Origin: Candidatus Colimorpha enterica
GTDB taxonomy: Bacteria > Bacillota > Clostridia > Oscillospirales > CAG-272
DNA length: 25,384 nt
Direction of reading: 5' to 3'
Assembly: GCA_018065475.1 (NCBI GenBank)
Contig: JAGHTD010000196.1
Coordinates: 1 to 25,384 of the forward strand
Under the pieces are notes generated by a model that saw only the letters and a program-made list of their open reading frames with translations, did no database searches and was not told the DNA's origin. This document shows positions 7,923 to 14,630 of this stretch, in pieces (positions within the stretch are counted from its first letter, which is position 1; each line of letters begins with the position of its first letter). A program made the translations under genes and the position numbers.

Positions 7923-10244
7923 ATGTATCTGTCTGACAGATTCATCTCCGCATCGGAGAAAATGTGCGAGTACGACGTGTTCGTCCCCGCACCTTATTTC
8001 AGAAAAAACGTAATAATTGACGGAAACGCCGAAAAGGCGGAAATGTCGGTCTGCGGGCTCGGCTTTTACCGCTTCTTCCTCGACGGCGAGGAGCTGACGA
8101 GGGGCTTTCTGTCGCCCTATATTTCAAACTCCGACGACATCGTCGATTACGACGTTTACGACCTCACCGACAGACTGACGGAGGGCAGGCACGTCCTCGC
8201 CTTCACGCTCGGCAACGGTATGCAGAACGCCTTCGGCGGTTACGTCTGGGACTTTGAAAAGGCCGCCTTCCGCTCTGCGCCGAAGCTCGCCTTCTGCCTT
8301 GAGATCACCGGGAAGGACGGCAAAACGTCGAGGATCGAAGCCGACGAAAGCGTAAAGACCTTCCCGTCGCCGCTTCTCTGCGACGATCTCCGTTACGGTG
8401 AATATTACGACGCAAACGCCGAGGTCACGGGTTGGAATACCGTGGGTTTTGACGACAGCGGATGGAAGCCATCGGTCGCCGTCCCCTCCCCGAAGGGAAA
8501 GAAGCAGGTCTGCGCTGCAAACCCGATCGTCGTTACGGAGGAAAGAAAACCCGTCATCATCGGCGAAAAGACGGTGAAAATGAAGCTGGCGAAGGAGCCG
8601 TTCACGGGCATCCTTTACGACTTCGGCCTCAGCACTGCGGGAATACCCCGTCTGAAGATCGACGGCAAAAAGGGACAGAAAATTGAGATGTATTTCGGCG
8701 ACTGCTGTATAAACGGCGAGCTTCAGCTCGACAATATCAGCTTCCCCCGCGACGAATACAGAGATATGCCGCTCTACGTCCAGAAGGACACCTATATCTG
8801 CAAGGGAGAAAAGGGCGAGACCTGGGAGCCGTCGTTCACCTATCACGGTTTCAGATACGTCCTCGTCTGCGGCCTTGAGCCGGAACAGATAAGGGAGGAC
8901 CTCCTCACCTACAAGGTGATGAATACGTCACTGCCGGTAAGAGGCGGTTTCTCCTGCTCCGACGAGGTACTTAACAGACTTCAGAGGATGACGGAGGTTG
9001 CCGATCTCGCAAACTTCTGGCACTTCCCGACCGACTGCCCTCACAGGGAGAAAAACGGCTGGACGGGCGACGCCAACTTCTCTGCGGAGCAGATGACGAT
9101 CCTTTTTGAGACCGACAACAACTACACCGAGTGGATGAAGCATATATGCGCCTCAATGGACGAAAAGGGAGCGATCCCGGGTATCGTCCCGACCGGCGGA
9201 TGGGGCTTCAACTGGGGCAACGGCCCCGCCTGGGACAAGGTGCTCACCGAGCTCCCCTACGTCATTTACAGATACAGAGGGAAAAAGGAGATCGTCGAAA
9301 ATACCCTTCCTTACCTCCTCAAATACGTGAAATATCTTTCGACCCGGACGGACGAAAAGGGGCTTATCGCGATCGGCCTCGGCGACTGGGTAGCGCCCAA
9401 AGGCGTGAGAGTGCCTCTCGTCTTCACCGACAGCGTCCTCTCTATGGATATATGCCGCACCGCGGCGTTCCTTATGAGGGAATGCGGCAGAGACGCCGAC
9501 GCCGACTACTGTCAGAGCGTCGCCGACGGGCTCATGAAGGCGGTGAGGGACAACCTCATCGACCACGAGAGATGTACGGCGATAAGCTGTTTTGAGGACG
9601 ACCCGTGGAGGGGCTGTCAGAGCTCGCAGGCGATGGGACTTTACTACGGCGTGTTTACCGAGGAGGAAAAGAACAGGGCGTTCACCGTCCTGCTCGACCG
9701 TCTGAGGGAAGAGAACGACCACCTCGACACCGGAGTGCTCGGCCTGCGCGTGCTGTTCCGTGTGCTTTCCGACTTCGGATATACCGATTACGCGCTTCGG
9801 ATCGTCACCGATCCCGCCGCTCCCTCCTACGGCGAGTGGGTGGCAAGAGGCGAGACGGCACTCTGCGAGGACTTCAACGGCTTCGACGCGCTCGGCAAGG
9901 CGGAGGTCGCGGCAAACTCGCTCTGTCACCACTTTATGGGCGATATCAGCGCGTGGATGATCTCCGAGCTCGGCGGTATCAGGTACAACCCCGACGGTAA
10001 CGATATTAACAAAGCGGTAATTGCGCCGAAGTTCGCCCGTTCGCTCACTCACGCCGAGGCGTTCCATATTTGCCCGAAGGGCAGGATCGACGTGAAATGG
10101 GAGAGAAAGGGCCGCACCGTCGTATGCAGTATCTCGGTACCCGAGGGAATGTACGGCGAGATAAGAGCCGACCTCAATACCCACTGCGGAGGAAAGACCG
10201 TTCTTCCTCTCCTCAGCGGTGAATATATTTTCAAAGAATGCTGA
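7923..10244 (+). CDS. Alpha-L-rhamnosidase, GH78, no evident signal peptide
   Basis: GLGFY, FTYHGFRYV, TDCPHREKNGWTGD, GLGDWVAP, HLDTGVLG, TALCEDF, SLCHHFMG; 773 aa. Confidence 0.88.
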   Translation: MYLSDRFISASEKMCEYDVFVPAPYFRKNVIIDGNAEKAEMSVCGLGFYRFFLDGEELTRGFLSPYISNSDDIVDYDVYDLTDRLTEGRHVLAFTLGNGMQNAFGGYVWDFEKAAFRSAPKLAFCLEITGKDGKTSRIEADESVKTFPSPLLCDDLRYGEYYDANAEVTGWNTVGFDDSGWKPSVAVPSPKGKKQVCAANPIVVTEERKPVIIGEKTVKMKLAKEPFTGILYDFGLSTAGIPRLKIDGKKGQKIEMYFGDCCINGELQLDNISFPRDEYRDMPLYVQKDTYICKGEKGETWEPSFTYHGFRYVLVCGLEPEQIREDLLTYKVMNTSLPVRGGFSCSDEVLNRLQRMTEVADLANFWHFPTDCPHREKNGWTGDANFSAEQMTILFETDNNYTEWMKHICASMDEKGAIPGIVPTGGWGFNWGNGPAWDKVLTELPYVIYRYRGKKEIVENTLPYLLKYVKYLSTRTDEKGLIAIGLGDWVAPKGVRVPLVFTDSVLSMDICRTAAFLMRECGRDADADYCQSVADGLMKAVRDNLIDHERCTAISCFEDDPWRGCQSSQAMGLYYGVFTEEEKNRAFTVLLDRLREENDHLDTGVLGLRVLFRVLSDFGYTDYALRIVTDPAAPSYGEWVARGETALCEDFNGFDALGKAEVAANSLCHHFMGDISAWMISELGGIRYNPDGNDINKAVIAPKFARSLTHAEAFHICPKGRIDVKWERKGRTVVCSISVPEGMYGEIRADLNTHCGGKTVLPLLSGEYIFKEC

Positions 10245-10257
10245 AAGGAATAACAAT

Positions 10258-11322
10258 ATGTCAGACAAGAGATTTACCGTCGCAGTCATCGGCTGCGGAA
10301 GAATAGCAAACTCCGCCCACCTGCCTCAGCTTGCGGGAATGGAGGACGTAAGGATCAAATACGTCTGCGACCTCATCGCCGAAAAGGCGGAGAGCGCAAA
10401 GGAAAAATACGGCGCGGAGCAGGCGATACTTGACTATAAGATCGCTCTTGACGATCCCGAGGTGACGGCCGTCTTCGTCCTCACCCCCAACTACGCTCAC
10501 TATACCGTCACGATGGACGCTCTGCGTGCAGGAAAACACGTTTTTTGTGAGAAGCCGATCACCGTCAACTACGCCCTCTCCTGTGAGATGGCGGCTGAGG
10601 CGGAGAAGCAGGGAAAACTGCTCAACATCGGTGTATGCAACCGTTACCATAAGACGGTCGAGATCATCGAGGAGATGAACCGCAAGGGCGAGCTCGGAAA
10701 CATCTATCACGTTTACTGCTCGTTCAGACAGTACCGCTCCATCCCCGGTCTCGGCGGTCCCTTCACGACTAAGGCGCAGTCGGGCGGCGGTGTCCTCATC
10801 GACTGGGGTATCCACTTCCTCGACCTCATCCTCTTCATCCTCGGCGGCGCAAAGCTGAAGACCGTCACCTGCGACGCGTACAGCGAGATGGCGAAGAACA
10901 TCAGCGACTACGTCTATAAGGATATGTGGGCAGGCCCCCCGATCCCCGACGGCACAAACGACGTCGAAGACCTTATCAGCGGCTACATCCGCACCGACAA
11001 GGCGTCGGTTTCCTTCAACGGCGCGTGGGCACAGAATATCAACAAGGCGGAGATGTTCGTCGATTTCCTCGGCGACAAGGCGGGTATCAGAATGTCCTAT
11101 TGCAGTCAGTTCACGCTCTATAAGATCGAGAACGGCGAGTACGTGGAGATCAAATCCGACCACGAGATACCCAATATGTACGGCAGAGAGGACAGGGCGT
11201 TCCTCGAAGCAACTCTGACCGGAGAGCATACGAGAGAGCATATCGAGAACATCCTCGAGAGCGCAAAGCTCCTTGACTGTCTCTATGCTTCCGCCGAGCA
11301 GAAGAAAGAAATATCGTTTTAA
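10258..11322 (+). CDS. Gfo/Idh/MocA family NAD(P)-dependent oxidoreductase
   Basis: Start moved to ATG 10258 (MSDKR). VAVIGCGRIA (Rossmann), CEKP, GGGVLIDWGIHFLD. Confidence 0.9.
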   Translation: MSDKRFTVAVIGCGRIANSAHLPQLAGMEDVRIKYVCDLIAEKAESAKEKYGAEQAILDYKIALDDPEVTAVFVLTPNYAHYTVTMDALRAGKHVFCEKPITVNYALSCEMAAEAEKQGKLLNIGVCNRYHKTVEIIEEMNRKGELGNIYHVYCSFRQYRSIPGLGGPFTTKAQSGGGVLIDWGIHFLDLILFILGGAKLKTVTCDAYSEMAKNISDYVYKDMWAGPPIPDGTNDVEDLISGYIRTDKASVSFNGAWAQNINKAEMFVDFLGDKAGIRMSYCSQFTLYKIENGEYVEIKSDHEIPNMYGREDRAFLEATLTGEHTREHIENILESAKLLDCLYASAEQKKEISF

Positions 11323-11333
11323 GGAGACAAAAG

Positions 11334-13220
11334 ATGAAAATTGAACTCAAAATCGCCGAAGAGCTGAAAAAAGGTGTCGAATATCTTGCAGAGGAAAAGA
11401 ACGTCGAGCTCGGAGAGGGCGGATACGTCCTCGAAGGGGTAAAATGCGGCGAGCCCACCCTCCGCGTCACCCTCGACGGCAAAAAGATCACCGTCCGGTA
11501 CTGCGAAAAGTGCCAGTTCTTCCGTGCCTTCGGACTTGCTTTGCAGCATATCGAAGAGGGAGAAAAGGCGTTTGACATAGTCGAGCACCCCTCCTTCACG
11601 ATGAACGGCGTTATGTTCGACCTCAGCCAGGGCAACGCGGCGTTCAATCAGAAGGCATCGAAGTCCGTCATCAGAAAAATGGCGCTCATGGGTCTCAACA
11701 CGCTCATGTTCTACCTCGAGGACAACTACGAGGTTGACGGTCAGCCCTATTTCGGCTATATGAGACCGATCTACAAGCAGAGCGAACTGAAAGAGCTTGA
11801 CGACTACGCATACGATCTCGGCATTGAGATGATCCCCTGCATACAGATCCTCGCGCACCTTCCCGACGCGCTCAGATGGAACGTTTACAGCGGGATCCGC
11901 GACTATGAGGAATGCCTGCTCGTCGGTGAACCCAAGACGTACAAGTTCATCGAGGACCTCATCACCTCCGCGGTCAAGCCCTTCCGCACGAAGCGCATAA
12001 ACGTCTGTATGGACGAGGCGTTCAAGCTCGGCTCCGGCCAGTACCTGAGAAAATACGGCTACAAGACCACCGGAGAGATCATGAAGGAACACCTTGCAAA
12101 GGTCTCCGAGATCCTCGACAGACACGGCCTCAAACCGATGATGTGGTCGGATATGTACTTCCATACCTTCGGAAACGGAAGCTATCACGAGCCGAACTGC
12201 TACGCTCCTCAATCGACGAAGGACCTCATCCCGAAGAATATGAGTCTCATCTTCTGGGATTACAGCTATCTGTCGAAGGAGCACGAGGAACTTCTCGACA
12301 TCAACCTCGACCTTTGCGAGAGGACGGTCTTTGCCGGCGGATGCTGGGCATGGCTCGGCTACGGCCTCTCCTATTTCCACACGATAAAGCACTCCGTGGA
12401 TGCGCTTGAGCTTTGCAGAAAGCACGGGCTGAAGGAAGTCTTCATGACCACCTGGGGCGACAACGGCACCGAGGCGCTTCAGAACGTCAACCTCGTCGGA
12501 GCGCAGGTCTATGCGGAATGCGGATACAACGAGACCTTCGATCAGAAGGCGTTTGAGAGCAGGTTAAAGTTCTGCACGGGCGGAAACGCCGCCGACTTCG
12601 AGCTTATGGACGCTCTCGACAGATCGCCCTACGCCCTCCAATACACCCCCAACTACTCGATCAACACGACGAAGTTCGCCATGTGGCAGGACATCCTCAC
12701 AGGTCTTTACGACAAGAACCTCGAGGGGCTTGAAATGGACAGACACTACGAGGAGCTGACGAAGAAGCTCGAGGGCTCCGACAGACGCAACGGCGAGTTC
12801 AACGGCCTCTTCGGTATCAACTACAACGTGGCAAACGTCCTCGCCCTCAAGAGCGAAATGGGTCTGAGACTGAGAAAGGCCTACCTCGGCGGAGACAAAG
12901 AGACGCTGAAAAAGATCGCCTGCGAGGAGCTTCCGGAGCTCTATAACCGCGTTCTTGCCCTCCACGAAGCACACCGCGAGGCGTGGTTTGAGATCTACAA
13001 GCCGACCGGCTGGGACATCATGGATATGAGATACGGCTCGCTCGAATCGAGAATAAGAAGCGCCGAGATACAGGTCAAGGCGTACCTTGACGGCAAGCTC
13101 GACAGCATCGAGGAGCTTGAAAAGGAACGCCTGCCTTACAACGGCGTCACCGGACCCCTCAAATGGCAGAACTTCTACGGAGACATCGTTTCGGCTTCGA
13201 GGATCGCACCGAAGGCGTGA
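11334..13220 (+). CDS. Beta-N-acetylhexosaminidase, GH20 (GcnA/GH20C-like with helical C-terminal domain), no evident signal peptide
   Basis: GVMFDLSQG, MGLNTLMFYLED, IPCIQILAH, NVCMDEA (catalytic DE pair), MMWSDM, TTWGDNG. Confidence 0.88.
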   Translation: MKIELKIAEELKKGVEYLAEEKNVELGEGGYVLEGVKCGEPTLRVTLDGKKITVRYCEKCQFFRAFGLALQHIEEGEKAFDIVEHPSFTMNGVMFDLSQGNAAFNQKASKSVIRKMALMGLNTLMFYLEDNYEVDGQPYFGYMRPIYKQSELKELDDYAYDLGIEMIPCIQILAHLPDALRWNVYSGIRDYEECLLVGEPKTYKFIEDLITSAVKPFRTKRINVCMDEAFKLGSGQYLRKYGYKTTGEIMKEHLAKVSEILDRHGLKPMMWSDMYFHTFGNGSYHEPNCYAPQSTKDLIPKNMSLIFWDYSYLSKEHEELLDINLDLCERTVFAGGCWAWLGYGLSYFHTIKHSVDALELCRKHGLKEVFMTTWGDNGTEALQNVNLVGAQVYAECGYNETFDQKAFESRLKFCTGGNAADFELMDALDRSPYALQYTPNYSINTTKFAMWQDILTGLYDKNLEGLEMDRHYEELTKKLEGSDRRNGEFNGLFGINYNVANVLALKSEMGLRLRKAYLGGDKETLKKIACEELPELYNRVLALHEAHREAWFEIYKPTGWDIMDMRYGSLESRIRSAEIQVKAYLDGKLDSIEELEKERLPYNGVTGPLKWQNFYGDIVSASRIAPKA

Positions 13221-13816
13221 TGATGGACTTCACGAAGATAAAGGCGTCGCTTGAAAAGAACGGCTATTCGGTGAAGGTCTTTGCTTCCTCCGCAGAGGCG
13301 AGGGACTACCTCGACGGCGAGATCGACGGTCAGACCGTCGGTATCGGCGGCTCGGTCACCGTGGAACAGCTCGGGCTTTACGACGTTCTTTCAAAGCACA
13401 ACGAGGTCTTCTGGCATTGGAGGCCGAAGGACGGGGACGAACGCGAAAAGGCGAAGAACGCCGGGGTCTATATCTCATCGGTCAACGGGATTTCGGAGAA
13501 CGGTGAGATAGTCAACATCGACGGTACGGGCAACCGCGTCGCGTCGGTGACCTACGGGCACGAAAAGGTCTATCTCGTCGCGGGGCAGAACAAGATCGCC
13601 CCCGATCTCGAGGCGGCGATATTCCGCGCGCGCAACGTCGCCGCACCGCTCAACGCGAAGCGCCTCGGAGTGAAGACGCCCTGCGCAGTAAACGGGGACA
13701 AATGTTACGACTGCTCCTCGCCGTCGAGGATATGCAAGTCGCTCTCCGTGCTTTGGAGAGCCCCCGGCGGGTGCGGATACGAGGTCGTCCTTGTCGAAGA
13801 AGACCTCGGGTATTGA
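13220..13816 (+). CDS. LUD-domain (lactate utilisation protein C-like) protein with a C-terminal Cys cluster
   Basis: Start moved to the ATGA overlap at 13220. GIGGSVT, NIDGTGNRVA, GQNKI, PCAVNGDKCYDCSSPSRIC. Confidence 0.8.
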   Translation: MMDFTKIKASLEKNGYSVKVFASSAEARDYLDGEIDGQTVGIGGSVTVEQLGLYDVLSKHNEVFWHWRPKDGDEREKAKNAGVYISSVNGISENGEIVNIDGTGNRVASVTYGHEKVYLVAGQNKIAPDLEAAIFRARNVAAPLNAKRLGVKTPCAVNGDKCYDCSSPSRICKSLSVLWRAPGGCGYEVVLVEEDLGY

Positions 13817-13832
13817 TCGTATCGGAACAAAC

Positions 13833-13861
13833 GCAAAAGCCGCCGAAAGGCGGCTTTTTGC
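13833..13861 (+). terminator. Intrinsic terminator of the sugar operon
   Basis: AAAAGCCGCC-GAAA-GGCGGCTTTTT directly after the last stop. Confidence 0.9.
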
Positions 13862-13920
13862 TGCTTTCAAGGGCTGAAATGAGAGGCCGGAGAAGTGTGC
13901 CTGCGGCACGTGATGAACCA

Positions 13921-14108
13921 GTAGGGTGAGCTGCGCTCGCCGGCTTGCAAATGTTCTGCGGAAATGATATGGCTGCCGTCCGTAGGGTACGGCCCCCGGA
14001 CGTACCGCTCAATGGTATCTGCACAAATTATCCGGCTACGTCGTAGGGGAGGGCAGCTACGCGCTATGCGCTCCACGAGCTTCGCTTACGCTCGGCTTGC
14101 TCCTCCCG
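13921..14108 (+). repeat. Three GTAG-tagged REP-like hairpins at 61-bp spacing; the third is interrupted by a 41-bp insert
   Basis: GTAG starts at 13921, 13982 and 14043. Stems: GGTGAGC/GCTCGCC; GGTACG/CGTACC; GGGAGGGGC/GCTCCTCCC once 14054-14094 is removed. Each stem is followed by G. Confidence 0.7.
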
Positions 14109-14220
14109 CTTGTATGCGGGGCACTAACTTGAAGCAAGCACCGACTGTCCACCTCCATCCGGATGAGGGATGCTACGCGCTTCGCGCTCCACGATCTCCC
14201 GACCGCAAGGCGGTCGCTCG
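14054..14220 (+). repeat. Two copies of a short hairpin cassette GCTACGCGC-TNN-GCGCTCCACGA...CGCTCG
   Basis: 14056-14078 and 14172-14194 match at 21/23 nt. Both end in CGCTCG (14089-14094, 14215-14220) after different middles. Confidence 0.7.
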
Positions 14221-14289
14221 CCGCCGGAGCCCGCGGCACTTTATTTGCTGTATCGCAATGAATAGAATATATAAAGAAACGATAAGGAT

Positions 14290-14473
14290 TAGCCTCCCCG
14301 AGATGCGAAGCATCTCTTGTAAGGGGAGGTGGCATCCGAAGGATGACGGAAGGGCTGTTTCGGACTATTCTAACATTTTGCAAAAGTTACATCCTTCAAG
14401 AACAACCCTTCCACCGCTCCGCGGTCATCGAGATGAGCTTGCTCATCTCTACCCCTATACACAGGGGAGGCTA
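14290..14473. mobile_element. 184-bp non-autonomous inverted-arm (MITE/REPIN-like) element
   Basis: Outer inverted repeat TAGCCTCCCC (14290-14299) / GGGGAGGCTA (14464-14473). Inner inverted repeat GGAAGGGCTGTT (14348-14359) / AACAACCCTTCC (14401-14412), 11/12. 41-bp AT-richer core. Mobility is inferred, not shown. Confidence 0.55.
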
Positions 14474-14585
14474 CCGCAGCCGCCGCGCGTAGCACACCTC
14501 CCGGAGGAAGGCGGACAAGCGAGCGCAGACTTCATAGTTAGTGTATACCTCACGAGGGGACTTGACGCTCGGGATAAACCCCATC

Positions 14586-14619
14586 AAAAAAACAGCAGAC
14601 CGATCCGGTCTGCTGTTTT
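14586..14619 (-). terminator. Intrinsic terminator of the heparinase II/III-like gene
   Basis: AAAACAGCAGACCG-ATC-CGGTCTGCTGTTTT 14-bp stem; the A7 run gives the U-tract on the minus strand. Confidence 0.88.
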
Positions 14620-14630
14620 CATATTATATA

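Noticed and set aside
11334-13220. GH20 with N rather than H before the catalytic DE pair read as inactive
   Set aside because: An N-x-x-MDEA form is what I recall for the GcnA/GH20C subgroup, and the DE pair is intact.
13921-14108. 61-bp periodicity read as a CRISPR array
   Set aside because: Only three units, the repeats share just GTAGGG, the spacers resemble each other, and there are no cas genes or leader.
13862-14585. Known structured RNA (tmRNA, RNase P, SRP, 6S, group II intron, T-box or riboswitch)
   Set aside because: I found none of their hallmark motifs and no convincing promoter. An Rfam/Infernal scan would settle it.
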